A program made the translations under genes and the position numbers. A stretch of 64,000 bases of DNA from Minisyncoccia bacterium. Its GTDB lineage: Bacteria; Patescibacteriota; Minisyncoccia; JACQLN01. The stretch is from assembly GCA_049274895.1 (NCBI GenBank), contig JBASTM010000008.1, positions 645-64,644 on the forward strand. The letters run 5' to 3'. The notes below the pieces were generated by a model. The model did no database searches, was not told where the DNA came from, and saw only the letters and a program-made list of their open reading frames with translations. Below are positions 53,265 to 63,147 of this stretch, piece after piece. Positions within the stretch are counted from its first letter, which is position 1, and every line of letters starts with the position of its first letter.

Positions 53265-54787
53265 TTCGATTGGCCGTACTGGGCGATGATGTCTTTGTTG
53301 CGTTCGTTGTTTTTTAACAAAATCACAACCCGGCTGTCGGCGAACACGGTTTTCCATTCGGGGTCGTCCAGTATCCGCGCGAAAAAAGTTTGGCCCCACG
53401 GGGTATAATCCCGATAGGAAAAGATTATAGCATTAAATTTGTATTTCTCGTCTTGTTCTTTCCAAACCTCCTTATCTTCTTGCATAGGTATGTAGATGTC
53501 GGTAAAAAATTCGGCGGGATAGGCCTCGGGCCGGTTGTCCACGAAGACTCTATCTTGTGATGGTAGACCATAAATCAAATAACCGCCGATGTCGTAGTTG
53601 TTAAAGATTGGCCCCGCCAAATTGTTGGCCTTAAAAAATTCCAACGGCTTTTCGTTGCCTTTTTCCAAGTCCAACCCCAGGCCGGGTGATCGGGGATAAA
53701 AGGCGCGCAGTTCGCCCGAAAGGATAATAAAAATTGCCAGCGCCAAGGTGGTAACAGCCGTACGATTAAGCCAATCTTTGGTTTTTGGTTTTAAGTTAAA
53801 AGCTTGGGCCAGATTGCCCGCGGCTAGGGGCAAAACAAAGAGGCCGAAGATAGCAAAATTGCGTATAGCCAGCCAGCCAGCCGCGCTAAAACCTATGGCT
53901 AACACTAGATCGGGAATACTTAAACTGCGCTTGTTTTTAACCAACTTAAAGATGAAGCTTAATATCAAAATTACAAAGACTATTTTGAATATCAGGTAAT
54001 TGGGGTTGGGAATTATTTTTTCCATAAACCAGACCGTTTGGTTTTCGGCCAGAGGGTAGCCGAAATTTTGGAATATGGCTAGGGGCGCCAGCGCTCCGCT
54101 AAAGCCGTAGGGATTTATCAAAGTAGCCAAGAGCGTCAGGCCCAGTATAAAAGTCAAATACCGAAACGATTTCTTAGCTCCCAGGATCAAGTTTTCCAGC
54201 AAAAAAACTCCAATTACAACCGGCCCCAGGAAAAAATAAATATGCAGGTTGACCCACAGGATCTCAACAGCCGGCAGGATCAAAAGTTTCCGCCAGGAAA
54301 TTTCGCCGGCGCGGTATTTAAGCATCAGCCATAAAAAAATGCCGCTAAAAACATAACTAAAAACTTCGGGCCGGACTTCGTCGCGTTCCAAGAGGAGCGG
54401 AATGACAAACACCGCCAATAAACCCGCGAGACCCGGCCCGGCCCGACTGTGAGCCATCAGAAAGAAAATTAAAAAAGCCGCCAAACTCAAAACTATAAAA
54501 AACACATGCAAGCCGGTAAAGCCCGAAAATTTCCAAACCAAATAAAAAACCACGCCGCCCAGCCAATGGTGGTTGGAGGCGGGAAAATCGGGGTGAGTGT
54601 AGGAGTAAAAGTTGGTTTTTAGAACCTCAAATTGGCCATTCCAAATCAACTCGCCGTTTTTAATATGGCGCCCCAGATCGGCCGTGACCAAGTTTAGGGG
54701 ATGGGCCAGCAACAGGGCATAATTAGCCAGTAATAATGCGGCTATTAAAATGGTTACCAAACTGGTGGGTTTATGGATTTTAAACAT
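53261..54787 (-). CDS. Large polytopic membrane protein, putative GT-C glycosyltransferase partner of the GT2
   Basis: More than 12 TM helices; operonic with the DPM1-like GT2. Confidence 0.4.
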   Translation of the reverse strand: MFKIHKPTSLVTILIAALLLANYALLLAHPLNLVTADLGRHIKNGELIWNGQFEVLKTNFYSYTHPDFPASNHHWLGGVVFYLVWKFSGFTGLHVFFIVLSLAAFLIFFLMAHSRAGPGLAGLLAVFVIPLLLERDEVRPEVFSYVFSGIFLWLMLKYRAGEISWRKLLILPAVEILWVNLHIYFFLGPVVIGVFLLENLILGAKKSFRYLTFILGLTLLATLINPYGFSGALAPLAIFQNFGYPLAENQTVWFMEKIIPNPNYLIFKIVFVILILSFIFKLVKNKRSLSIPDLVLAIGFSAAGWLAIRNFAIFGLFVLPLAAGNLAQAFNLKPKTKDWLNRTAVTTLALAIFIILSGELRAFYPRSPGLGLDLEKGNEKPLEFFKANNLAGPIFNNYDIGGYLIYGLPSQDRVFVDNRPEAYPAEFFTDIYIPMQEDKEVWKEQDEKYKFNAIIFSYRDYTPWGQTFFARILDDPEWKTVFADSRVVILLKNNERNKDIIAQYGQSK

Positions 54788-54974
54788 TTTCTAAATTCTA
54801 TCAATAACTATGAAGCTTTGCCAAAATTTAAGATGGAGTAAAGACAGTGTGGATAACTTTATACCTAAATTGTTGTAAAATGAAGTGTATAGCGTAACTA
54901 AAAAGGTCGTTTCCTATTTATTTAATCGCAGGGTTAACCTGTTTTAGGTCGATCAGGTTGCTCCGACAAAAAAG

Positions 54975-55697
54975 GTGTCGCGAGCGCGAAACCCGCAATC
55001 TTTAGAAAAACAAATGTTTGTACAAACTTGGGGCGACACCATTGTAGCTTCACTACAAAATCTTTGGGCCTTGGTTTTGAGTTTTCTGCCGAGCTTGGTA
55101 GTGGCTTTAGTGGTTGTGATTATCGGTTGGGTGGTGGCCTCGGCGCTGGGCCGGGTGATTTGGCAAGTGGTGGCGGCTGTACATGTGGATCAGTTGTTTG
55201 AGCGGCTGGGCTTTAGAAAGCCGTTGGAAAGAGCCGGATTAAAGTTAAACACCGGCAAGTTTTTGGGAGAATTGGTTAAGTGGTTCTTGGTTTTGGTTTT
55301 CTTTATGGCCGCGGCCGACATTCTGGGCTTGAGCGAAGTCACTAGCTTCTTGCAGTTGGTGCTATCCTACATTCCCAATATCATTGTGGCCGTGCTTATT
55401 CTTTTGGCTGGAGCCGCTTTTGCCAATTTCCTACAGAAATTGGTTAAAGCTTCGGCTGATACGGCTGGCCTGACGCACACCGGTTTTGTGGGCTCGGTGA
55501 CCAAATGGACGGTTTTGATTTTCGCACTGTTTGCCGCTTTGGATCAGTTGGGCGTGGCGCGTACGTTCATCATTACCCTGTTACAGGGTTTTGTGGCGAT
55601 GTTGGCCATTGCCGGCGGTTTAGCTTTTGGCCTGGGCGGCCAGAACGCGGCGCGGTCTTTCTTGGATAAACTTCGCGACGAAATCAGCGATCGTTAG
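54975..55697 (+). CDS. Membrane protein with repeated conserved TM-helix units (MscS-associated TM_helix-like)
   Basis: Three similar hydrophobic repeats. Confidence 0.35.
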   Translation: MSRARNPQSLEKQMFVQTWGDTIVASLQNLWALVLSFLPSLVVALVVVIIGWVVASALGRVIWQVVAAVHVDQLFERLGFRKPLERAGLKLNTGKFLGELVKWFLVLVFFMAAADILGLSEVTSFLQLVLSYIPNIIVAVLILLAGAAFANFLQKLVKASADTAGLTHTGFVGSVTKWTVLIFALFAALDQLGVARTFIITLLQGFVAMLAIAGGLAFGLGGQNAARSFLDKLRDEISDR

Positions 55698-55811
55698 TTA
55701 AGGGCCTTAATCATCGAAAATCTCCCTCGGCCTTGCGCCCGGGGAGGTTTTTTGATAGAACTATAAAAGTTCGTAAAGTTTAGTACTGCGCATAAATCAA
55801 AGAAAGGGGAT

Positions 55812-56138
55812 ATGGCTATGCCGGAGCGACCACGGCAGTTGATAATCACGTTGGCAGAAGCGGTGGACCTGAGGTTCTTGGCTAACAATCCGTGCAGCAC
55901 GGACAGGCATGGGCTTTTTGGTCGATTGGAGCGGACGCGTCTGCATTACCTTATCGGAGAGCAGGATCCTTCGTTGGGTAAGGTGCTGACCGAAGCCGCC
56001 AGGTTTTTTTTGGACCAAGTGCACAGTCTCCACGCCGAAGATAGTGACAAAACCAATGGTGATTTGGTGGCGGAAGGCGAGCGCCAGAAAGCCCGGCTGT
56101 GGCGCTTTATAAGGGAGCATTACGAAGTCCAGCCATAG
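55812..56138 (+). CDS. Hypothetical protein
   Basis: 108-aa ORF followed by a terminator hairpin. Confidence 0.35.
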   Translation: MAMPERPRQLIITLAEAVDLRFLANNPCSTDRHGLFGRLERTRLHYLIGEQDPSLGKVLTEAARFFLDQVHSLHAEDSDKTNGDLVAEGERQKARLWRFIREHYEVQP

Positions 56139-56163
56139 TCGACACACTGTTCTTTTTGATAAT

Positions 56164-56199
56164 AAAAAAAGCGCCCCGACCACTGTCGGGGCGGGTTTT
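56164..56199 (+). terminator. Rho-independent terminator / processing hairpin immediately upstream of tRNA-Val
   Basis: AAAAAAAGCGCCCCGACcactGTCGGGGCGGGTTTTA. Confidence 0.55.
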
Positions 56200-56201
56200 A
56201 T

Positions 56202-56273
56202 GGGCACTTAGCTCAGTGGTAGAGCGATTCGTTTACACCGAATAGGTCGGGGGTTCAATCCCCTCAGTGCCCA
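56202..56273 (+). tRNA. tRNA-Val (anticodon TAC)
   Basis: GGGCACT acceptor, anticodon stem-loop ATTCG-TTTACAC-CGAAT and T-arm CGGGG-GTTCAAT-CCCCT. Confidence 0.8.
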
Positions 56274-56280
56274 CTGACTA

Positions 56281-56994
56281 TCAAAACTCCACTCTTTGTT
56301 TGCAATCTTTAATAATGTCAAAGGCCTCCTCGGCCGTGTCCACCAGAGTGTAGATGCCGGTGTCTTCTTTATCAATGGCCAGCATTTTTTTTAATACCAC
56401 CTTATCCACCCAGTCCAAAAGCCCGGTCCAGTATTCGCGGCCGACGATAATAATGGGTATGTGAGAATTGACCTTGCGGGTTTGGATCAAGGTTACCAGT
56501 TCAAAAAATTCGTCCAGAGTGCCAAATCCGCCCGGGAAAAAAACATAGGCCCACGAGGCATAAGACAGCATCACCTTGCGGGTGAAAAAATAATGAAAGC
56601 CGAGGGCGTGTTTGACGTAGGGGTTGGTGCGCTGTTCTTGGGGCAGTTGGATGTTTAAGCCCACCGATTCGCCGCCTTTTTCAAAAGCGCCGCGGTTGCC
56701 GGCTTCCATTATGCCCGGCCCGCCGCCGGTGATTATGGTAAAACCGTTTTCGGCCAACAGCTCGGCCAGCTTTCTTGCCTCTTGGTACCAGGGGTCATTG
56801 ACCTGGAAGCGGGCCGAGCCGAAAAAGGTGACGGTTTTTTTGTAGTCAAACAAAAACTGAAAGCCCTCCACGAATTCCGACATTATCCTAAAAATGCGCC
56901 AGTGAAAGCTTTCTCTAAAATCCTTGGCGCTATCGTGTTTATGGATGGGGAGTTTGGAAGCCGGCAGGTTGAATTTGGGTTCTTGAGGAGTCAT
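56281..56994 (-). CDS. LOG-family protein (TIGR00730 Rossmann-fold nucleotide phosphoribohydrolase)
   Basis: GGGPGIMEAGNRGA and PGGFGTLDEFFE motifs. Confidence 0.75.
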   Translation of the reverse strand: MTPQEPKFNLPASKLPIHKHDSAKDFRESFHWRIFRIMSEFVEGFQFLFDYKKTVTFFGSARFQVNDPWYQEARKLAELLAENGFTIITGGGPGIMEAGNRGAFEKGGESVGLNIQLPQEQRTNPYVKHALGFHYFFTRKVMLSYASWAYVFFPGGFGTLDEFFELVTLIQTRKVNSHIPIIIVGREYWTGLLDWVDKVVLKKMLAIDKEDTGIYTLVDTAEEAFDIIKDCKQRVEF

Positions 56995-57081
56995 AAATCA
57001 ATACTATTATATCATTGATTATATCCGGCTCGCCACAATTAAAGGGCGCTTGTCTTTTTTTGACTCGCGCCCTTTTAGCCG

Positions 57082-57414
57082 CTAGGCGGCTTTTTTACAG
57101 CAACAATCTTTCTCTCCAAGAAAAGATGTTGCGTTGGCATGGCCTTTCTTCCCCTTTGGTTTGGTGAGTTTCCGAAACTCTTGCCAGCCCGTTTCCGAGA
57201 GCCGATAGAACGAACCGAGACGGTTGCATTCCACCGGCCGCTTTCGCAGTATGACCAGCTCGGCCGCAGTCAGCCGATCCAAAATCTCTTCCATCTTGGC
57301 CCAGCTGACGCTTTGGGCCTGCAGCCGGGGCCAGATTTGGTTGTTTACCTCCAACTCGCCGGCCCGCCCGCCGAGCATCAACAGAACTTCTCGGCAAGTG
57401 CAAACCACCTCCAT
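57082..57414 (-). CDS. Hypothetical protein, possibly winged-helix; Cys-rich C-terminus
   Basis: 110-aa ORF, locally GC-rich. Confidence 0.3.
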   Translation of the reverse strand: MEVVCTCREVLLMLGGRAGELEVNNQIWPRLQAQSVSWAKMEEILDRLTAAELVILRKRPVECNRLGSFYRLSETGWQEFRKLTKPKGKKGHANATSFLGEKDCCCKKAA

Positions 57415-57582
57415 AGCTCATCACCTCCCTTCCGGTGAAGATTTTCAAAGAACCATTTATTAGCTTTTAGATTACTCCATACCGATAATAACATCAACCC
57501 GGTGTTCATAATCGAGGTTTCGTCTCTATAGTCCCCGCAATTCCCAAGCCTGGCTTAGGTAACCTAGAAAAGTGTTCCTCCG

Positions 57583-57873
57583 CTAGGGACTCGGGTGTAG
57601 ATATCGATAAGTGTTAGAAGTTCTGCGTTCTACCCAGAAAACATGTATTAATCTTTTTGAAATGTGTATTTCGTAAAAAATCCTATACGAGCCCACACGC
57701 CTCCGCCAAGTATTTTCTTCGCCTTTAATTTTATTAGTATCACCCACAAAAGGATCCATTATTAATAATTCAATGATGTCGGTTATCTTTTCAGAGTATT
57801 CTTTGGGGAATTTTTTGATTTGTCTACGAACTTTATCGTCCACTTTCAATTCCCAATTTTCGTTTGAGCTCAT
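57583..57873 (-). CDS. RelE/ParE-family toxin
   Basis: …TWRRRVGSYRIFYEIHISKRLIHVFWVERR core. Confidence 0.65.
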   Translation of the reverse strand: MSSNENWELKVDDKVRRQIKKFPKEYSEKITDIIELLIMDPFVGDTNKIKGEENTWRRRVGSYRIFYEIHISKRLIHVFWVERRTSNTYRYLHPSP

Positions 57874-58066
57874 GTATTGTTAAAAATTTGCCCCGGGCTA
57901 AATTCTTTCGTGCTTCTTTGAGAGCTTTTTTTTGAGCGGGAGTCAATTCAACTTCTCGGGTTTTTTTTAGACGAAAACTTAAAAACTCCTCGTATTCCTT
58001 GCGGGGAATTATAACAAGGTCGCCTTTTTCCACCATATTTTTAGGAATGGTTACGGAGTTTATCAT
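57833..58066 (-). CDS. AbrB/SpoVT-like antitoxin
   Basis: …TIPKNMVEKGDLVIIPRKEYEEF…; overlaps the toxin. Confidence 0.5.
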   Translation of the reverse strand: MINSVTIPKNMVEKGDLVIIPRKEYEEFLSFRLKKTREVELTPAQKKALKEARKNLARGKFLTIHELKRKLGIESGR

Positions 58067-58108
58067 ATATTATAAATTAACATACTAACGATTATAATCA
58101 AATTGGGT

Positions 58109-58370
58109 GCGGTATTCTTGAATTAGTCCGAACGTACTTCGTCCCTCAGTACCTTCGGCATTTCGCCGCCTGCGGCGGCGAGCCTGCCTGCCGGCAAGGC
58201 AGGGAAGCCCCGCCCACAAGCGCGGCTCCGCCGCGAGCCGGACAATTTTCCCGATGGCCTTGCCATCGTGGATCCTCGATTTTGTGAATTCACTTCGTTC
58301 ATACAAAATCGGGACAAGTTTTTCCCTGCCCCGTAGTGAAACGAAGTTTCTACTACTGGGGTTTGGCGGC
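58109..58370. repeat. GC-rich noncoding element, copy 2 (shares ends with 9441-9572)
   Basis: 5' block GCGGTATTCTTGAATTAGTCCGAACGTACTT, palindrome CCTGCCTGCCGGCAAGGCAGG and 3' block ACAAGTTTTTCCCTGCC…GTTTGGCGGC. Confidence 0.6.
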
Positions 58371-59384
58371 TTAATTAGTTCTTTGCCAACTTTCGCCAGC
58401 ATTTGAACTCCGATAGATTATACCATCTTCACTAGAAGCAGTAAGTTCTCTGGAATTTTTGGGATTGATGGCAATGGCAGTAATCTTGATACCATTAAGA
58501 CCGTCTAGTTTTTTCCAGTTTTGTCCAGCGTCAATCGTTTTCCAAGCCCCGGTTTGTGTGCCTGCATATATAACAGATAAATCTTTATGAAGAGTGGCAA
58601 GAGTATAAACTGTTGTGTTGTCAAAAACATTTGTTGTCTTTGTCCAGCCACAGAAACAACTGAAAGATTGGAAAACGCCGTCAGCCGTTCCCGCCAAAAG
58701 GAGACCCCAATTATCCCAGCCCATAGATTTATCCATCGAAGTTTGTACTGCCATGTATGCAAACGATCTTATTCCGGGATTCTCTGGTCCATCATCCATA
58801 CGCTTCCACGAAACGCCGCCGTCTTTACTTTTGAACACCCCATTATCAACAGAGTAGGCAAAAAGTAAATCGGGATTGCGTTGATTAATCGCCAAGCCAT
58901 GAATATCCGTACCTTTTATCCCATCATCAGAACGCATCCAAGTAATACCGCCGTCAATACTTTTTATGACACCTAAATCATGCCCACCGGCAAAAATTGT
59001 TTTCTGGTTTCGAGGGTCAACAACGATACTCATCCAATCATCAGCGTTGACACTTCCCTTTACCGAAACCTTTTGCCAAGTTTTGCCGCCATCGTCGCTC
59101 TTGAATAGACCGCCGTGTGTTCCTAAAAGTAAATTGCCTTCGGTGTCGTAGGTAATAGCATGGATATGTTGAGCTCCGGGTATTACAGAATTGCTAGAAC
59201 CACCTTCATCGCTATGAGACATTACTGTTTTATTAACCGAAGTATCTGCCGGAGTGTTAGTAGATTTGTTACTCACGCCCAAGAAATAGCCAACTACTAT
59301 GGCACCAACAATAAAAACTGGAATTAATAATTTGTTGTTCATATGATTAAAAATTTTTCTTCCCCCAAAATGCGGAACCGCCAA
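58371..59384 (-). CDS. BNR/Asp-box repeat beta-propeller protein (Ycf48/sialidase-like), membrane-anchored
   Basis: Repeated S-x-D-G-G-x-T-W motifs (SDDGGKTW, SIDGGITW, SKDGGVSW, SNAGESW); N-terminal TM helix. Confidence 0.6.
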   Translation of the reverse strand: MAVPHFGGRKIFNHMNNKLLIPVFIVGAIVVGYFLGVSNKSTNTPADTSVNKTVMSHSDEGGSSNSVIPGAQHIHAITYDTEGNLLLGTHGGLFKSDDGGKTWQKVSVKGSVNADDWMSIVVDPRNQKTIFAGGHDLGVIKSIDGGITWMRSDDGIKGTDIHGLAINQRNPDLLFAYSVDNGVFKSKDGGVSWKRMDDGPENPGIRSFAYMAVQTSMDKSMGWDNWGLLLAGTADGVFQSFSCFCGWTKTTNVFDNTTVYTLATLHKDLSVIYAGTQTGAWKTIDAGQNWKKLDGLNGIKITAIAINPKNSRELTASSEDGIIYRSSNAGESWQRTN

Positions 59385-59468
59385 TTCGTTTTTACCCCCA
59401 AAATTGAATACAAATTAGTCGCCGAGCGAAGCGAGGCGAACCAAAACTCTTTGACTTTTCCTGTCTGG
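59340..59468 (-). repeat. Conserved ~130-nt module between tRNA-Leu(GAG) and the downstream gene (copy 2 of 2)
   Basis: Near-identical to 10300-10438. Confidence 0.7.
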
Positions 59469-59551
59469 TGCGCGGGGGGAGACTCGAACTCCCAAGCCTT
59501 ACGGCATACGCACCTCAAGCGTACGTGTATACCAAATTCCACCACCCGCGC
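59466..59551 (-). tRNA. tRNA-Leu (anticodon GAG), type II, with encoded CCA
   Basis: GCGCGGG acceptor, anticodon stem-loop TACGC-TTGAGGT-GCGTA, long variable arm and T-arm GGGAG-TTCGAGT-CTCCC. Confidence 0.8.
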
Positions 59552-59660
59552 TTTATTTTCTCGGCAAAGCCTCGGTCAAAAAACTGTGGCGGGTAGGTGG
59601 CCGGGGCAGCTTTTGCTGCCCGCGGAAAGCTGCGTTCACTCGCTTTCCGCCCACCCGCGC

Positions 59661-60161
59661 TTATTTATTTTCCTCGGAGAGAGTTTCTTCTGGTCTAACT
59701 GAATCGTCTTCAGCGGCCACGGCCACGCCGAGGCCGAGGCGACGGGCGGCCTGACCGGTGCGGTTTCTTAAGAAGTAGAGCTTGGCCCGACGAACTTTAG
59801 GGCGAGAAACCACCTCAATTTTTTTAAGGGTAGGGGAATACAAGGGATATATTTTTTCCACGGCCACGCCGCCGGCCGCTATTTTTCTTACGATGAAACT
59901 GCCGCCCGGCTCGGTGCCGTGTTTTCTGGCTATGACTATGCCTTCAAAAATCTGGATTCTTTCCACCGGCCCTTTTTCTCCGCCGCCGGATCTTTCCAAA
60001 GCTTTCTTGGCGGTTTTAGAAATGTTCTTTTTGGTGGTGGTAATTTCTTTAATCATCTGATGAACCTTAACCGTATCGCCCACGCGAAAATCAGTCTGCG
60101 GGGCAGGCAGGTTCTTTAGCGGTGCGTATTCGGATTTGATGAATTCTTGCAGTTGATTCAT
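59661..60161 (-). CDS. rplS: 50S ribosomal protein L19 (with C-terminal extension)
   Basis: …[15 protein letters not shown]…[13 protein letters not shown]… L19 core. Confidence 0.85.
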   Translation of the reverse strand: MNQLQEFIKSEYAPLKNLPAPQTDFRVGDTVKVHQMIKEITTTKKNISKTAKKALERSGGGEKGPVERIQIFEGIVIARKHGTEPGGSFIVRKIAAGGVAVEKIYPLYSPTLKKIEVVSRPKVRRAKLYFLRNRTGQAARRLGLGVAVAAEDDSVRPEETLSEENK

Positions 60162-60207
60162 AGGCGCGATGCTAATCCGCTAATTCGTGCGAATCATTGA
60201 TGTCGCA

Positions 60208-61155
60208 TTATGTTACCATATGCGGCAGATTTTTCAAGCTGTTGTCCAGTTCTTGAGGCAGAGGCGCGTTAAAGGAAAACTTCTCGCCGTTGGGAGCCTC
60301 AAAACTGATATATTCGGCGTGGAGGAACATCCGGCCCAAATGCTTGGGGTCAAGCCGGCTCAAGCCGTATTTTTTATCGCCGGCCACCGGCCAACCCCGG
60401 GCTTTTAGATGCACCCTGATTTGGTGCATCCGGCCGGTTTGGGGTGTAACTTCCAGCAGGGTATGGTCGGGATAGCGGCGGAGCACTTGCCAGTAAGTCA
60501 GAGCCCGCCGGCCTAAAGTTTTTGATGAAGTCACAATGTTTCTAGTCGGGTTTATTTTGGAACGGACGATATTAAGTTCAATCTTACCCGAATCGTCTGG
60601 GGGTGAGCCGTTCACCAAAGCAACATATTTTTTGATCACCCGATGTTGCTGAAATTGTTTTTTGAGCCACAAAAAAGTCGGCTGGTTTTTGGCGACAACC
60701 ATAACCCCCGAAGTTTCTTTGTCCAAGCGATGGACTAAACCCGGCCTCGTGTTGCCGTCTGCTAAAAAATCTCCAACAGATTTGATGGGCGGGTAATGGG
60801 CCAGTAGCCAGTTGACCAAGGTGCCTTTAGGTTCGGTGGAAGAAGGATGGACCGTGAGGCCCGAGGGCTTGTCTATGACCAAAAAATCGTCGTTTTCAAA
60901 AATTATCTTTATTTTCTCGCCCAAAGATTCATCCGGCTCCAACAAAATTTCGGGCGGCAGCTCCAAATCAAAGTTTATCAGTTCCCCAGTTTTTAGTTTT
61001 TTAGACGGAAGGGCAGGTTTATTATTTATGGAAACATTGCCTTTTTTGATTAGTTTTTGAATCCAGCTTCGGGAGAAATCCAAAAAACGGGCCTGGAGAA
61101 AAACGTCCAGCCGGGTTCCGGCGTATTCTTGGGTCACTCTTAGTTCCTTAGCCAT
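60208..61155 (-). CDS. RluA-family pseudouridine synthase (RluD-like, with S4 domain)
   Basis: HRLDKETSGVMVVAKN catalytic Asp motif and an N-terminal S4-like domain. Confidence 0.75.
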   Translation of the reverse strand: MAKELRVTQEYAGTRLDVFLQARFLDFSRSWIQKLIKKGNVSINNKPALPSKKLKTGELINFDLELPPEILLEPDESLGEKIKIIFENDDFLVIDKPSGLTVHPSSTEPKGTLVNWLLAHYPPIKSVGDFLADGNTRPGLVHRLDKETSGVMVVAKNQPTFLWLKKQFQQHRVIKKYVALVNGSPPDDSGKIELNIVRSKINPTRNIVTSSKTLGRRALTYWQVLRRYPDHTLLEVTPQTGRMHQIRVHLKARGWPVAGDKKYGLSRLDPKHLGRMFLHAEYISFEAPNGEKFSFNAPLPQELDNSLKNLPHMVT

Positions 61156-61327
61156 AGTAATTAATTTTCGCAGATGGTGATGATTTTGTCACTTGGGCAA
61201 AATCCCGCACCTTTTTCGGACAAAAGGTGCGGGATAAAAATCCGCCCCGATGCTTGGCATCGGGGCGGGGAACTGTTCTTAAATAAAATCTCTCTACTTT
61301 TTTTCTCTACTATCTTGATTGTCTGAA

Positions 61328-62347
61328 CTACCGACCGCCCGTGGGCGCTGACGGCTGGCCCACTGGAGCAGGTGGTGCCATAGAAGTTCCTCTCAGTATA
61401 TCTTCCCCTAAAATGAAGTTCTGTCCCGGTGGCAGAATCATCACCTGGATTTGGCTGCCCAGTTTCTGCACTAGGGTGTACTGTATCAGCGGCGACGTCA
61501 GTGATTCGCTGAGCTTGCGGTTGGCTTCGGCCTGCTTCTCGGCCACAGTCAGGATGGAGTCGCCTTGGCCGATGGCCTTCTCCACTGCCTGCTCTGCCTT
61601 GTGCCGCTCCACAGCCACTTTCTGCTCCTCCTCTAGTGCCCTCTGGGTGGCGACCTGTTTGGCCTCGATGGCTTTCTTGAAATCATCGTTAAAATCGATG
61701 TCGTCGAGGAGCATATCGACAACTTCAATGGAGTACTTCTCGCTCAATTCGCTCTGCAGCTGGTCACGCACGGCCCGGCGTATCTCTTCGCGGTTCGGAG
61801 CGATGTCCACGCTCTTGTACTTGACGGTCTCGTCCTTGAAGTTCTGGGCCACGCGCGGCGCCACCACAACGTCAAAGTAGTTTGGGCCGACCTCGCGGTA
61901 CAGCTTCTGGATGGCCACCGGAGAGACGCGGATGTTGAGCGTCGCCGCGATGAAAACTTCCTGTGTCTCCTGGCTGAAGGCGGCGAGCGTGTTCTTGTTC
62001 TCGTCGTTGAACTTGTGGCCCTGGACCTGAATGCTGGCCTCTCTTACTGACTTCCACGGCGCCACGAATTGCAGACCTTCCTCCACCTGGCCGGTGATAG
62101 CGCCGAAGGTATAGACCACCCCGACGTGACCAGCCGGAATCTGGTTCACGGAGCCGAGAATGGTGGCCAGGCCGACCCACACTACTAGAACGGCAACAGC
62201 TACCTTCTTAAACATTCTTCCTGTTCGTGCCAGATAGATTCTAACTGGAAGTTCTCTGGCTAGAGATTCTCCGGTCAGATATTTTCCAAGCAACCACAGG
62301 AAAATAAAGACCGCAACTGCCAAGATCATGCTCACGATATAGGCCAC
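61328..62347 (-). CDS. SPFH/band-7 (prohibitin/HflC-like) membrane protein
   Basis: N-terminal TM helix, SPFH core, coiled coil and a Pro-rich C-terminus. Confidence 0.65.
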   Translation of the reverse strand: MAYIVSMILAVAVFIFLWLLGKYLTGESLARELPVRIYLARTGRMFKKVAVAVLVVWVGLATILGSVNQIPAGHVGVVYTFGAITGQVEEGLQFVAPWKSVREASIQVQGHKFNDENKNTLAAFSQETQEVFIAATLNIRVSPVAIQKLYREVGPNYFDVVVAPRVAQNFKDETVKYKSVDIAPNREEIRRAVRDQLQSELSEKYSIEVVDMLLDDIDFNDDFKKAIEAKQVATQRALEEEQKVAVERHKAEQAVEKAIGQGDSILTVAEKQAEANRKLSESLTSPLIQYTLVQKLGSQIQVMILPPGQNFILGEDILRGTSMAPPAPVGQPSAPTGGR

Positions 62348-62508
62348 GGCGAATTCCTCCGCGTTAAAGGGTTAACTTCTGTTAGGTACTTTTTGCCAGC
62401 TGGCCCGCTGGCGGGGGCGCCCGTTTTTGAGCTGTTTAATGGTATAATATGACTGGTTTTGTGTCAATATTGTGGTTGTAGGGCGGGGAGGTTATTATTA
62501 AAAACAAT

Positions 62509-62724
62509 ATGCCTGCAATTTTAAGAGAAAACTTGGATAACAGAATCAAAGATGCTTCCAAGGTACTGGGAGTAGATAAAAAGGAGCTTATAGAAAGAGC
62601 CGTAGCTTTTTATTTGGATAGTGTCCAAAAAACAATGGAGTTGAAAGAAGAACTGGAAGCTTGGGATATGTTAAGTAATGAGGTTTTGGAGTTATCGGAA
62701 AAAAGCATTTCCAGAAAAATGTGA
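62509..62724 (+). CDS. Putative antitoxin (MazE-like partner)
   Basis: 71-aa ORF with a 4-nt overlap with the MazF-like toxin. Confidence 0.45.
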   Translation: MPAILRENLDNRIKDASKVLGVDKKELIERAVAFYLDSVQKTMELKEELEAWDMLSNEVLELSEKSISRKM

Positions 62725-63047
62725 AAAAAGGAGAAGTTTGGATTGTGGAGTTGCCATTAACCAGCGGGCACGAGCAGGTTGGAACAAGACCTGCTATTGT
62801 TTTGGCCGACACTAGATCGCCGGTGGTAGTGGTTGCCCCGCTTACTACTAATCTCCAAGCGCTAAGATTTCCTTTTACGCTATTAGTTTCTCCATCAAGG
62901 CTGAATGGTCTAGATACAGATTCAGTGGTGTTGGTTTTGCACCTCAGAGCTATAGATCGCAAACGATTAAAGAATAAAATAGGCCTTATTGAAAAATCAA
63001 CGTTAAAAGAAATAGACAAGGTTTTAAGACGGTTGCTTATGATTTAA
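62721..63047 (+). CDS. MazF/PemK-family toxin
   Basis: GEVWIVELPLTSGHEQVGTRPAIVL…VVVAPLTT MazF signature. Confidence 0.65.
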   Translation: MKKGEVWIVELPLTSGHEQVGTRPAIVLADTRSPVVVVAPLTTNLQALRFPFTLLVSPSRLNGLDTDSVVLVLHLRAIDRKRLKNKIGLIEKSTLKEIDKVLRRLLMI

Positions 63048-63147
63048 GCGGGTGTAAAGGTAATACACAGCCGGCTGTTGCCAAAGAAAAGATCGGTGCT
63101 ATTATGGAGGCAATTAATAAATAGCCCTAGATAAAAACTTAAAAAAT

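Noticed and set aside
58085-58402. ORFs 58085-58402 and 58123-58317 on the minus strand
   Set aside because: They lie entirely inside the GC-rich repeat element 58109-58370, and their Arg/Gly/Ala-rich translation is typical of a GC-rich noncoding frame.
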